Translations under genes and position numbers: made by a program | Assembly (NCBI GenBank): GCA_963693365.1 | Contig: CAVNZM010000006.1 | Span: forward strand, 3,596,001-3,660,000 | Direction: 5' to 3' | Source of the DNA: Amoebidium appalachense | Taxonomy: Eukaryota > Protista > Ichthyosporea | DNA length: 64,000 bases | Notes under the pieces: model-generated | What the model was told of the DNA's origin: nothing | The model's database searches: none | What the model saw: only the letters and a program-made list of their open reading frames with translations | Shown: positions 14,238 through 52,180 of the stretch, piece by piece | Numbering within the stretch: position 1 is the stretch's first letter | How the letters are laid out: each line of letters starts with the position of its first letter

Positions 14238-14332
14238 AACACACACACATGCAGTATAAGAACCCAACCCTGTTTCTCCTACATTCCCATCCAGCTAATC
14301 CCCCCCTCCCCCCCCCCCCCCCCCCCCCTTTC

Positions 14333-14365
<33 letters not shown>

Positions 14366-14640
14366 TTCCCTTCCTCTCTTGCTTTCCCCACTCGATATTC
14401 AATAAAAGGAGAGAGGTGGACCACCCACCCACCAACACCCACACCCACCCACACCCACACCCACACACACACACACACGTACACACACACCTGCTGGAAT
14501 GGTTACGTCGACATGTGTCTCTTCCGGTTTTCGGCCCGTCCCACTGCAGCTGTTGCACGGCTTTGTAATGGCCCGGCCCGACCCGTTACACTTATTGCAC
14601 ATCCCCACCATGTCTCCAAACATGGTGTTCATGCGCGTCT

Positions 14641-14737
<97 letters not shown>

Positions 14738-15225
14738 CCCATAGAAACAGTTAACGGGTGCCGAAAGAGTATGGATGGTACAAAGGTACAACGGAGACAG
14801 CAATGGCCTGGGAACTGAAAAGGAAGAGTACGGGAAACAAGCAGGTGAAGCAAAACCTTTAGACACGGTCCCCCCCCCCCGGTCTCCCCTTGCCTTCCGG
14901 GAGAGAGAATGATGAAAGCAAAGAAAAGAAAAACCAAATAATGATAATTAGAAAAAGAAGTAAAAACCCAAGGAAATAACCAGACAAGAAGAGCCCCACC
15001 CACACCAAACAGAGGACCCACCCTGCCCGAGCCCCCACACGAGGGACACTGTACGGGGGATGTGCCGGGCTTAGCCCCCGACCCATTGCATGGCTGGCAG
15101 GGGCCCAGCCGGCGAAAACGAAGTCTCTTGACACACCCCTTGGCTGCTTCCATGAAAGAGAGCGTGAGAGGCATCTGTGTGTGAGTGAGTGTGTGCGTGT
15201 GTGCGTGCGTGTGTGTGTGCGCGCG

Positions 15226-15293
<68 letters not shown>

Positions 15294-15949
15294 GGGGGAA
15301 GGGGGTGGGAGAGTGGGGAGAGGGGGTGAGAGTGAGGGGGGGGGGGGGGGGGGGGGGAGGGGGGGGGGGGAGTGAATGAGTGAGTGATTGATAGAGTGTG
15401 TGTGTGTGTGTGTGGTGTGTGTGGTGTGTGCGCGCACGTTTGGGGGGGGGGAGGGGGGGGGGGGGGGGGGGGGAGTCAGTGTGTTTATGTGTGTGTGTGC
15501 ATGCGTGCACGTGCGTGTGTTGGTGGGAAAAGGCAGGAAGAAGGCACAGGAAGAAGGAAGGAGAAAAGGTCAGTATGTGTCGAACCTGGCCGAAAAATGC
15601 CAAGCTAATCCTCCATTATACCCTGATCCTTCCCCCCCCCCTTCCCCCCCCCCCCCCCCCCCCCCCCCCCGCGCCCCTTCTCCCCTCGTCCCCCCCTCTC
15701 CCCCCCCCTCCTGCCCCCATCCCGTAGTCTCCCCAACCACAATAGCTGTCACCAACCTCTAATATGCACACACACCCACATCTTGCCTCACTGGGGGAAT
15801 TTGTATCCGGTTGGTCCACGTCTCATATTTGCCTGCCCCTTCGTGTCTGTTTCTATGCAACACAGTTTTCTGACTGATTACGACTGAGGTTTTCTGATTA
15901 AACAGAGAAAAGCAAGAGGCCGCTCCAAATGCAAGAAACACGCACATGT

Positions 15950-16025
<76 letters not shown>

Positions 16026-17561
16026 ACAGCCCCCCCCCCCCCCCCCCCCCCCCCCCCAACACGCACACACAGATCCAACAACATCTGGGACGCGAGAACA
16101 GAAGACCACGGGAAACACTTACCGTCTTTGTGCCCTCGCTGTAACCCATACCACCCATTCCTCCATTAAATCCCCCTGCAGCCCCCCCTCCAAACATATT
16201 TCCGCCAAAAACACTTTCGAAATTTCTGAACAAATCACGAGGATCGAAATTCGGGTGCTGCCCCCTGAAATTCTTGAACTCTGCTCCCATTTGTCCTTCT
16301 TGGTCGTACCGTTTTCTCGATTCCTCGGACCCTAAAACCTGTATATTTGATGTGAGAGGAGAGAAAAAGCAGAAGGAGAGAAAAGGGAGAGTGTCTGTAA
16401 AAGTGTGTGTTTGTGCTCAGGAAGTGGGGGTGGGGTGGGGGGGGGGGGAGGGGGGGGGAGGGGGTGGTATGTTGTTGTGTGAACGTGTGGTTGTGACTGG
16501 ATGTGTATGTGGGATTGTGGGTAGACAGAGCACCAGGAGACGGTGGAAGGCAACAGAAAAGATACACAAATATGAAATGATATCTGTGGAATGGGAGAAA
16601 AACAATTCAATTCCGCACCATTGGGAAGGATGTGTGAGTGAGCGCGAGCGTGTGTGTGCGGGAGGGCGGGGGTTGAGGCCAGATGGGTGGTTTGTGCGTG
16701 TGTGGGGTAGGGGGGGGGTACTGGCGGGGGGGCTGAAAGTGTGAGTGAATAATTGTGAAAGGCCGAAAGGATGGGAAGGTGTAGGCATATATTCGGTAAC
16801 CAAAGGGCATGGGCCAGGGAAAAGAGACAAGTCGGTGAGGGTGTGTGTGTGTGTGTGTGGGTGGGGGGGGGGGGGGGGGGGGGGGTTTGAATGCGTCGGG
16901 GCACTAGCTACCACATACCTCGTAGGCCTCACTGATCTCAGCAAATTTCTTCTCTGCCTCCTTGTCACCTTTGTTCTTGTCAGGGTGGTATTGCTTGGCC
17001 AGCTTCGGAGGGGGGGGGGGGAGGGGGGATAAGAATGTGGAACACGGGTGCTATACGTTGAGATACACAGTGCAGGGTACACGCAAAAGCAGACATTCAA
17101 GCATGCAACATCAGCAGAACCCATTGCTTTGTGTGAGAGGAAGGCGCCGAGGCGGGAGGGGGTAGGGAGGTTGGGGGGGGGGGGGGGGGGGGGGATGTTG
17201 TCTGCCTCTGCGCCACATCGACGTCAACACAGCATTCCTCAATAGATAGGTAGTATATATGCATATTTGCATTGGCGTGTGTGGTGTAACAGTGTGTGTG
17301 CCATGTGTGTGGTTTTATGTAAGTGTATATGAATGAGAATGCATGAATACTTGTGTGGATAAATGAAAATATGGAGAACGAGGACAGGCCGGAGAATAGG
17401 GCAAAGGAGAGGAACAATTAAAGGCGCAAACCAGTCGAGCATCAAGCCAACAACTAAACAATCTGTAAGTCAGATATCATATTACACTTAAGGATAATTG
17501 TAAAGACAGCGATAACAATCACTTTCTACTACATCACACTCAGAGACAACGAGTTCTTGTT

Positions 17562-17645
<84 letters not shown>

Positions 17646-18053
17646 AACCCACCCACCTGCCCGCCCGGTCCTTCCAGCCATGGCCACCTAACCCACCAAT
17701 CCACGCATTTAAGCATACTCACGCCACTGCACAACCATCCCGAGACATTAAAGTAAACGTTGCCAGACTCTCAATCTCGATATTCCACCTTAAATTACAC
17801 TGTGTTGCAAGTACCATGGGTACTGTTAAGCACAGTAGCCTGAACAAACACAACCATCTTACACAATGCCATTCAAGATTCTGTGTTTATCCATATATGG
17901 CAAGATCAGGCACTGTTCCATTGGTTAAATATCATACCTGGTAGTAGGCCTTCTTGATGTCTGCCTGGCTGGCATCCTTCTTCAGCCCCAGCATTTCATA
18001 GTAATCCCTTTTTGATTGGTTGCGCTGATCTGCACAGATTCATAAATTAGTGG

Positions 18054-18110
<57 letters not shown>

Positions 18111-18112
18111 GG

Positions 18113-18143
<31 letters not shown>

Positions 18144-18618
18144 TGTGAAATTAAGGCTACCGAACTCTTATATATCTTTCTTGTGTGCGTGCGTATGGGC
18201 GTGCGTCTAGGCTTTGAATGAGTGTGTTTCCGTTTCGTGCGTGAGAGTGCATTTGTGAGAATGTGTGTGCCAGAATATTTCTTGGTTTTCACTGGATGAA
18301 TTTTTCGTTTTTGCGTGCATTCATACATGACATGCATCCCCTTATCCAAATGTGTGTGTGTCGGAATAACCGTAACCAACATAACTTTCCATGTCTCACA
18401 TAGGAAAAAAGAGGGAACCTAGCACTAGACAAAAAAGAGCTTCTGAACACACACACCACCTTAACCACAAAAACCAATCGAACAATCATCTTTTGTTGTT
18501 CTCTTCGCCACCTCCAATATCTGAACGGCTCTCTATATAGATTACTCACATGAGGAGTGAAACTGTCGGTGGCCCAAACAGGAGACACACGCTAAGACAC
18601 TGGCCGCTACTGCTCTAA

Positions 18619-18699
<81 letters not shown>

Positions 18700-19048
18700 G
18701 GGGAGGGGGGGGGGGGGGTTTGAATGCGGAACGCAGTACGAAGTACGCATACACGATGAGAAGCATGGTGCAGGACACATGCAAAGGCAAACATTCAAGT
18801 ATGCAACATCAGCCATGCGCACAGTATGCGTCATAAGCAGAGCCCATCCTCAGGGAGGGCCCAAGGGGGAAGTGAAAAGAATCAATCAAGATCAGTAAAT
18901 GGCGGCGGAGGCGCTGGGGGGCGGGGGAGGGAGGGGGGGAGGGGGGGACGGGGTGGTGTATGAGGTGGTCAGAGTGGGGTAGGACGAGGCTGAATGCAAG
19001 GAGGGGAGGTGGACGGAGAAGGGGGGGGGGGGGGGGGGGGGGGGGAGG

Positions 19049-19083
<35 letters not shown>

Positions 19084-19203
19084 GGGGTGGAAGAGGGGGA
19101 GGGAGAGCGGGGGCAGAGAGGTAAGGTATTAGCAAAGAACGAATAATGGCAGTTCTGGTCTTCGCAGAAGAAGCCAACAGCATCCCCTATGCCCTCCCCC
19201 CCC

Positions 19204-19234
<31 letters not shown>

Positions 19235-19970
19235 ACCCATTAAGACCTTACCTCTTCCTACCCCAGTCTGCCCCAACTCAAAACATAAACCCAGGTCCAC
19301 AACACAGAGTCAGCTGCCAAAAGCAATTTTTCATTCTAAAAGCTAACCTTCCTCACCATCCCCCCCCTCCCAAACACCCCCCCCCCCCCCCCCTTCCCCC
19401 CCCAGTCCCCCCCCTCCCCTCCCCCCCCCCCCACCCCACCCCTCCACCCTCCCCCTCGGTACCCTCCCGTCGGTCCTAATTCCTCCATTCGTTCTTCCCA
19501 AAGGGGATCCCCCTAACAATTCCGCAAACCGATGAGCCCTATTCCCTTGATTCCACCACGACTACTACCTGTCTGCACACACCACACATTCAGATTCTCC
19601 GCTTCCCAATGTATAGAAAACTCTCTGTCTCCTCCCCCTCCCCCCTCTCTTGAATACTCCCCCTAGGCCGTCCCATGCAGGTACGTATACACACATTTTA
19701 AACATAAAAGCAGACACGCTCGAGCACACAATGCGCGTGTTGCCGTGGGACACACACACACACACAATCACACCTACACACACGCACGCATCCACGCACG
19801 GACACACCTACACACACGCACGCATCCACGCACGGACACACATCAAAAATGCGAAACACACAAGGAGTCTGACATAACACACATCAGCGGCGCACATAGA
19901 CGCACAACCCATCCTAATCCCAAGGCCCCCACCTCCCCGGCCCCCAAACACACATGCGCAGACACACAAA

Positions 19971-20065
<95 letters not shown>

Positions 20066-20124
20066 CACACACACAAATACACACACACACACACACACAC
20101 ACACAACGCACGCACACACGCACG

Positions 20125-20216
<92 letters not shown>

Positions 20217-20429
20217 TACACACACGCAAACACACACTTCCATCTCGCATCCATCTATGCCTTTCAAACACCCACCCAAACTCCCAGGAGCAATATTGGC
20301 TGCCAAGCGCGCCGGTTGCATGGTTCGAAACCACCGACTACCCAAGTGCCGCTGAGCAGTATACAGCGCCGGCCGAAAAAGAGTCTTCAGCGCAAAGACT
20401 TGCGCTAAGAGCGGCGCTGGCGGCCCCAT
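10538..20429 (-). CDS. DNAJA3: Type I (class A) DnaJ/Hsp40 co-chaperone, probably mitochondrial (MDJ1/DNAJA3-like), 11 exons
   Basis: Exons approx. 20429-20276, 18621-18550, 18029-17938, 17003-16920, 16338-16123, 15174-15022, 14638-14491, 14093-14002, 12631-12503, 11613-11501, 10601-10538, all GT-AG. They encode an Arg-rich presequence, a J domain (DYYEMLG...[17 protein letters not shown]...[11 protein letters not shown]), a G/F region, four CxxCxGxG repeats and a C-terminal domain ([17 protein letters not shown]...GDHFV...[16 protein letters not shown]). Confidence 0.93.
17029..17124 (-). mobile_element. SINE-like family copy (subtype B, degenerate); a 12-nt 3'-end remnant also occurs at 16886-16897
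   Basis: gaatgtggaacacgg...gtgcagggtacacgcaaaagcagacattcaagcatgcaacatcagcagaacccat; the remnant tttgaatgcgtc follows a G-run. Confidence 0.7.
18719..18865 (-). mobile_element. SINE-like family copy (subtype B)
   Basis: tttgaatgcggaacgcagtacgaagtacgcatacacg...caggacacatgcaaaggcaaacattcaagt...cataagcagagcccatcctcagg; near-identical to 35824-35961 and 57968-58101. Confidence 0.9.
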
Positions 20430-21763
20430 GGCACTGATGTTGCTTCGAGATGCGTGATGGTCTCACAATGCAAGAATGTGATTATTATTTGACTGAAACT
20501 GAGCACAAAAGTTTTCAAGAGGACAAACGGGTGCGCTTGACAAACTGCAATATTCTTTTATTCTTTTCCTCTCCAATGGCCTAATCGTACACACAGTTTT
20601 GAGGAGAGAACATGAAAAAAAAAAAAAAAAAGGGACAAACGAATATAAACAATCCAAGAAATCCAAGAACGGACTGCGGCTTTTATAATTTTTATGGCAA
20701 GTGTCGCCTAACCGTGAATGGTCTGGAAAGCACCGCTTTCCGCGCCATTGCCTTACATAGAATATTTATTACCTAATATGGCTACTGAAATATTTTTGAA
20801 TTCGGCCCCGGGCATCCCCCAACTTGATGAGCCTGCCGCTGGGAGGAAGAGTGGGGGGAGGGAGGGTTCAAAGCACGGCAGCATGTCCGCACATCATGCT
20901 GATAAATAGGTTATTAGAAACAGTCTGATGTTTATAGCAATAAACTGTTATGTTCTACCTCTCGGGTGTGATTGTGCTGTGTTGGAGGCAGCAAGACATA
21001 CACGTGCACACGCGCAGACAGGGGAGAGGCCTGTCACCTACTGAGGTGACTCGTATTTTTCCTTACACACACAGCGAACACTAGACTCTCGGGACCGTAG
21101 AGCCGCCGCATGCACGCGGTCGCGAGAGTGTAAGGAAGAATAGGTGTGAGGCGAACGGCAAGTTCATAGCAGCCCAGGCACCGTCAGTACGTGCCAGGGG
21201 AGAGGCAGAGGAGCAGTATTATGTATGCGTAGTTGTGGGCCGAACATCTTGCAAGGACTCATGACGTTTTAGAAAAAGCCCAGCACAAGTCAGTTGGTTA
21301 GAAAGCACATGCTTGAGTTGATCTCGAGCTGGCAATACGTACAGTAAATATATATAACCATTACGTACTTTTTTTTTACGGGTCTCGCACGGGTACTTGG
21401 GTTTGGGGTGGGTATTGTCCGTAAGAATTCCATAGTACTACGACAATTTCAGCCGAGAGCACATTTACTGACTCTGAGTCTTCACCCAGCTGGCCCAGCC
21501 ATAATTAGTATATCCATTATGGTAAACTTTACTGAACTTTGCCAAGATGTTTTTGGTACACACCTTTTAGCAACTTGCATAATTCATACAACTTTCATGC
21601 ATAACAAGATACAAATAGTCCCACCACTTGCCCTTGCATGTATTTATCATGATGTGCCTCGTCATACGTCAGCGCGGCTAGGTAAGTAGCACGTGCATAA
21701 TAACAAGAAATATACGAAAAAGACACCACACTAACAAGGCAAACACACAGCCAACAACTAACT

Positions 21764-23604
21764 TTAGTTGTTCTCCGTCTCCGTCGAGTCCCCATCCTCC
21801 AACCCCCCAACCAATCGTGGCCGCTTAATCCCAGCAAGTGTCTCCTGCAGCCCCAACTGCCTCTCCAACAAATAGATAACCTTATCCAACTTTTCAGAAA
21901 CCACCGCAAACAACCCGTCATCCTGCGTGCGCTTGAACGTTGCCGCTGTTGCGTCAAAACTCGACAGCGCATCAAAGGTAGCTGCAGCAGTAGCCGCTGT
22001 ATTAACAGCCGTGGTAGGGTTAACATAGGGATAGTAGGGAGTGGTGGTCGTGGCTGGTTCCGGGTAGGGTCGGGCTGCCAGTGTCGGCACGGCAGGCGTG
22101 TAGAAGGATGGGGTAGGGCCCTTGGGGGGCACATACATGACAAAGCGCGAGTTCAGAGCCGGGGGGAGATTTCCCCACAATTTCGTCAATGGCTTTGTAG
22201 TACTGCCACATCTTGGGAGGGTCGAGACCAAGACGACCTCTGGCACGAAGGGACTGCTCTTTGAGCTCCTGTGGGGAAAGAAAAAGGGTTAGGAAGGAAG
22301 CAGGCGAAGAAAGAAAAAAGCAAGGAGCAGGATTTGGGAGGAAAGGTGGGTTTAAAAGGATGGTGGTGATGGGTGGGAATACATGTTGCATAGTAATAGT
22401 CACTACAACGCAAGGAAGACGTCACACATCAGAAACCCACCATCTATTTATGTTTACAAAAGAATGTGTGTGCACAACACCACTTAGCCTCTCACTACTT
22501 GGTGGGGAGGGGAAGTGGAGTGATGGAAGTGTCACTTTGTGCTTGTGCGGAAGTTATTTAAAAGAGGAGTGTGTTCATCTTTGCAATGGTGAGGCTGGTG
22601 AGGTCTAGGCGAAGGATAAAGGTGACGGGTGGCCAAGTTAACAAGTATAGAGTCTTTGCGAGGGAGAGAGAGCAAGAGAGAGGGGAGGGGGGCGGGGGAG
22701 GGGGGAGTGAGAGAGCGAGAGAGAATGGGAGAGGGAGAGGGAGAGGGGGGGGAAGGGGGGGGAAGGGAGGGAGGGAGGGGGGGGGAGGGGGGGGAAGACA
22801 AGGTGGCCACTGGGAATGGGAATTGACTTCATAATACCAGCATAGCAACATATAAGGTTGTGCAGAAATATCAATGGACTCTAATTAACGGTGAAAACAC
22901 GAAGGGCAAACAAGGAACGTAGATAAGGAGGAGCGAAGGAGTTGTAGACGTGCAAGAAAGGAGGCAAGAAAGTAGAAAAAGAAGAGGGGAAAGGGAAAAC
23001 AAGAGAAGTGTGCGCCAACACCACAATCAACCACCAAGCAGGAAAGCAAAGTACCTACCCTGTATTTGTGCAGGAGATTCTTCCATTTGACGTGACATTG
23101 CTCCGCAGTCTTCGTAAAACCCATTTCCGTAAGCTTCATGGCAATATTTGGCAACCATACGGTCGTTAGTTTGTTTCGTTGCTTTTTCCGAATGGCATCA
23201 TAGTTGTCTCTAACTGTAGTAATAAGTGCCATTGTTTCGGAATGACCCCACAAAGACTCCAACGCCCGTCCTTTGAGGTCTGGATCTCCATCTCCATCCC
23301 CCTCTCCCACCCCATCTCGTAAATCTGCCATAGTTGTGTCATTTTCCAGCTCTCCGCCGTCTTCTTCGTCTCCATCATCCTCTAGCTCCTCATCTATCGT
23401 GTGTGTAACCGTATTTGAGTTCCCTACTTGGACACCAGTTGGAATCGGAATCCCAGCGGGACCAATCCCCCCCACAGGGCCTGAAAGGGGAACGAAAGGA
23501 TGTGAATGGTCGAGGGTTGTCGCTACACCAAGGGATGTTGGGGGCAAGAGGGAAGGAAGCTGTTCTGTTTCCGGGTTGGGAATAGATCGGTTGGGCGTAA
23601 TCAT
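21764..23604 (-). CDS. Myb/SANT-like trihelix (GT-1 / Myb_DNA-bind_4 type) DNA-binding protein, 2 coding exons, with an apparent 1-nt frameshift at 22161-22166
   Basis: Exon 23604-23059 encodes WGHSETMALI...VWLPNIAMKLTEMGFTKTAEQCHVKWKNLLHKYR|gt. The exon from ~22268 encodes ELKEQ...WQYYKAIDEIVG. The P/T-rich linker and coiled-coil-like end (VVSEKLDKVIYLLERQL) lie in the adjacent frame. Confidence 0.85.
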
Positions 23605-25489
23605 GACGCGTGGTCTGCTCGGTGGGCGGTAGCTCGTTCTGTTGTAAAAGAATGATAAGTTTTCATATTGCCCAAAAGAAAAAACATATACGTAACAGAG
23701 GACTACTACTCACGCCACGAGAAGCAAAACGAAAATAGAAAAACAAAGTTCCCTGCACCACAACTAACCACAACCTTGCCCCCCGATCAAAAACCCTCCC
23801 CTTCCCTCTCTCTCCCTCTCCTTCTTTCATGCACTTTCACCCCGTTCTTCCCAGAGGCTTACCTGGGCATTTTCAAACGGTGGCTCAGGGGGTCAAGCCG
23901 TTTACCAAGCCGTTTTGGGGGTGTGGCGAAAGGCAGGGCTATCCGATCACCTTTTTGCACGGAACGGGATCCACATAGCGTGCGAGCTTGCAACGTGCGC
24001 GGCAAGAGTGAAAACAACAAGACCAGTGCTGATTGGTTTAGATGTAAATGCCTATGTTATTATCATTGGGTATACTGCTTACACGCTAAATAGTAAGCAT
24101 ACAACAATCTTATACATCTGGAAAAATTCAAATATTAGCTACAAATTTAATTAATAAAAAACGACAAGAGAGTTTGAAAAAACAATACAGGCCATTATGC
24201 TGATTCATGTGACTGAGCCAAGTAAATAACCGTTTTGATTAGCTAAAAGTCATGGCTGCAAAACTCCGTCAAATAAATCCCAACGGCCCAACTAGCTTGG
24301 CGTCCAGCCAATGATTAAAGAGATATAAATTGTAGGTCATCATGTTGTCATGGCTATCTGTTCGATAAATAGCTCGGGCGTAACCAATCAACTGCCACTT
24401 GCTTTAAAAGATTCCAGTAGATGATTGGTCAGATCTAACTGCTTTCCTCTTCAGCCAACCGCTATGGCTTGGAAGTAGAGGAGGGTAAGGCCAGCACGTT
24501 TTGCATCCGTTGAACTTAAGCTTGCAAAAAGCTTGCGCATGGAGTGCATGCAAATCATAAGCGTCCCCGTGCCCATTGGGAATGCCATTGCCTGTAAAAT
24601 GAACCGCATGCGTCCTTCTGGCATATCCGCAAAAGAAGGGAACATACTGCATTTAAGTTTGAGAAGGGCGGGCGGGTTGTGGAGGCAGTGTGGTGGTGAT
24701 GGGAGGTGTACGTGTGTGTTTTCTGCGTTCCAATCGACATCTGGCAGGGCCCAGGCCCACCTCCACAAGGCCATGGGGCCTCCCCCTCGATCGTGTTCAG
24801 ATGTGACCTAACATGTTTTCAGCTAATCTTAATCCTCCCCCCCCCTCCCCCCTCCGGTCCCCGCCCCATCCTTGTTGTAACTATTTTGAACGCACCGTGT
24901 CCTACTCAAAAAGCGGGGCCTTGCGAACTTATGCACTTGAGCAAATCAATATCTGTTTACTGTCTGCGCACCAGGCGCACACATATCATATTAGTACCGA
25001 GACACCAGTTACCATCTTAGAATACCACAGCTAGGCCACCTGACACTACCTCACCGTTACCTCAGCATTACACATTTAACTAAGCCTCCTGTTATGTTAA
25101 AGTCATTTTCACCTTCATAACTTGGGAACCGAATCCTCATGGTAAGGTTAGAAACCAAAAAAATTAACTTTCATTCGTGCATTATTGGGGTAGACTTAAT
25201 CATCGGTTGTAGCCCCCCCCCCCCCCCCCCCCCCCCCACTGAATAAATAAAAATAAAAATAAAACAAAACTTGAATAAATAAATAAATAAAGCAATAAAT
25301 AAATAAACTTACATATAGCCATAGTGACCGAACCCTACCAAACACAACAAACTTTCAAGAGAACACACACACATGAATGGAGCCCACCCACCAACCCACC
25401 CACCCACCCACACATACACGGCACTCGGCTAATGAGCATAAGAAGGTAAATGAAAGGGGGGGGGGGGGGGGGGGGGGGGGGAGGGGAGG

Positions 25490-25523
<34 letters not shown>

Positions 25524-25601
25524 ATAAAAACAACCGAGGAAGGGAGAGAAAAAAAAAAAAAAAAAAAAAAAAGACCACGCGTGCTGGTTCGTGGCTAGAC
25601 C

Positions 25602-41031
<15,430 letters not shown>

Positions 41032-41726
41032 GTTGTCCTACCTCACAGGTGCCCACACACTCTGGGAAAGCAAAAAAAATGAAAATTTTGCCCCTGCTTA
41101 TTATCGTGTCCACTTTTATTTCGTTCTGGTGGCAACAAGGCACATATTAGAAGGATAGAAAGGGCCGTTATGCACCAGGTGTGAACCAAACTTATACCCC
41201 GGCTTTGGGTCACAGTGTTGTGTGTGCTTATAATGATGGGTGAGTGAATGGGTGAGTGCCTTGCGTATGGGCTGACAAGTGAATGATGTCGTTAAAGTGT
41301 AGTTGTGCCGCGTAGCTACGCTACCCAGCTCGAAGAGGGGGATAAAATAAGCACACAAGTACACTCACGCACACGCGCACACACCGCCCGCAGCCTAGCT
41401 AGTTAGCTGTGACGGTGCAACTTGTATGTGGATGCTTGTAGGCTTCTGACACCGTCACCAGATACTACAAAAATCCCGCCAAAAATGTTTTGTATAAAGA
41501 CAACGCATGTATCACGTTTTACTTTTTTATACCCCAGAAGTATCAATAAATCACTTTATTGTGCATACATGCGTCTCTATACCAAGCGCAAACACACTGA
41601 CTGAGGTCGACCGTTTCACAGCTCACTGAAACCATGAACTGAAAACATCTGTGAAAAAGCTGCATTATAACTCTTTTTCATTATTATCTCTTTCTTTTTA
41701 ACATTAAGCACATCTAGACACTCAAC

Positions 41727-50101
<8,375 letters not shown>

Positions 50102-50828
50102 ATGGCTCTTTTTCTCCCGACCCTTGTATTTTGTTTATCTTAACCAGTTTTTTTTTTTTTTTTTTTTTTTTTTTAGTTTTTTTTTAGTTTTTTTTTTTTG
50201 GCCCGGGGAGGGGGGGGGGGGGGGGGGGGGTTGTTTTTTTAGCCCCAGACGGGGTTTTTCGAATGTTGGAACTTCATCAGTAGTTATTAAATCCGACTAT
50301 AGTGCGAAGGGTTTCCTGACCACACTTTCCTGTGCACGTCATTGTAGGTCCTGAGACACACATGCACGCGCACAGACACACTGTGACACACACACGCACA
50401 CAGCACACACAGTTGTACGAACGATCCATGCACAAGAGGTAGGCAGATGTGATCCACGGACCTATAGCTATACAGCACAACCACATATTTGTATGAGTAG
50501 GCCGCGACAACAAGAACCTGTAGTGTACATGATTATGGCCTATGTGAAAGTTCTGCTTATAGATGCTGTGTAAGCAAATAAAAATGGTGTGGTGTATGGA
50601 ACCCATACCTTCTAATGCAGCCATGGGCTTTTTTTTTTTCCCGACCGTTTTCTGTTTTGTATTTTCTCTCTCTCCTAGGGCTTCCCCCCCCCCCCCCTCC
50701 CCCTTTTTTTTTTTTTCCGGGAAGACTTCCTTGCTTCCTTCCTTTTTTTTTCCCCCTTTTTTTCGCTTTAATTTTAAGGGAGGGTGTGTGTGTGTGTGTG
50801 TGCGCACGCGCGCGCGCGTGTGTGTGTG

Positions 50829-50860
<32 letters not shown>

Positions 50861-52027
50861 CACAGCATGTGTGTGTATTTGCGTTGGTGTGTGTGCATGT
50901 GTGCGTGTGTGTGTGTGGGGGGGGGGGGGGGGGGGGGGGGGGAGGATCGTGGCCATGGATGCATAGTCGCCGGGCACATGCACTCCCAGGACTTGCATCT
51001 AGTAATGATGCTCTTTTTGGTTCGAGGTGCAGTAAGTACCGGCCGTCGCTGGGGCGAGTATTTACATATGTGCCAGAATTCAGCTCCACATTCAGAGATC
51101 AATGCATGCCATGCTTATTATCTCATGCATATGAACGTCGGAGCACGTGGGATGGCGAGAAAGTTGCCTTGTTGCACGAGGTGGGGTATTTAAGGCAGGC
51201 AGTGAAAGAGTTAACACGACAGAATGAGATTCTTGCTTAAGGCTTTGCAGTAGAAGGAGGAGAATGTCGGTGATGTGCCCAATGCTGCTTAGTGTGACTT
51301 TTATTTGTAACGGAGAGTGTTAAGATTTAATGTGTTGCTTGCTCTTTTAGATATAATGATTTCTGTCGATGTATTGATTAGATGGCATTCATATCGCTGT
51401 TTTTTTTTTTTCCACCTTTTTTTTTGGTGAGAAGAATCTGAAGTGAGCATCAATGTCTCATCGGGTGGGCCAGAATTTAGGTTTTTAAAAAATAAAATAA
51501 AAAATTATATGTAGAGTGAAACTTCCGTCGTTTGCTCTTTTAGGGTGAGACGACTTTGAGTGTTTATCTTCGAGTGGAATAGCTTATTAATGAGCAACAA
51601 AGACTATCTATGAGTAATATGTTCAGCTGTGACAAGCACGGAAATATTACTCAATAGTGAAATAGCTCCACTAATTGAAATCAAGTCGATGATAAATGCA
51701 ATTTCTTCCTGACCCAGTGGCGCCCTTAGATCTAATCAGGTTTCGAGTGCTCAACCACATCAGCAGAATCGAGTGGGCCCGAGCAGAATTATTCGGCAAC
51801 AAACAGAATCATTTTGCAAAAGGAATGATTGTTCAGCAAAAGCAAAATTAATAATGCAAAAGCAGATTTTAGCATGTATCATTCTTGCCGAACAGAATAT
51901 ATGTATGCTTGGGTTTAGGTCCCCCCCCCCTCCCCCCCCTCCCCCGGGGCCACACTCCACCCACCCACCACCACCACCACCACCACCACTCCTCACTCTG
52001 TTTGGAGCGGACCGAGTCCCATGTCAC

Positions 52028-52058
<31 letters not shown>

Positions 52059-52149
52059 GTCCCCACCACCCCCTCCCCTCCTCCCCACCTCTCCGCCCTC
52101 CTCCTCTCTGGCCCTCCGACCCCCCCACCCCCCCCCACCCACCCCCCCC

Positions 52150-52180
<31 letters not shown>

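Noticed and set aside
17564-17643. ~80-nt pure poly-C tract as a distinct functional element
   Set aside because: Homopolymer lengths are unreliable in assemblies, and it is qualitatively the same as the many other tracts.
21764-23604. Trihelix gene as ORF2 of an autonomous Harbinger transposon
   Set aside because: No adjacent DDE transposase, TIRs or TSD were found; it looks like a host or domesticated transcription factor.
24404-24811. Non-repetitive ORFs between the trihelix and TilS genes
   Set aside because: No recognisable domain or consistent exon chain; possibly a decayed fragment.
51100-51240. Coiled-coil-looking peptide (…[27 protein letters not shown])
   Set aside because: It is isolated, with no supportable start or neighbouring exons.
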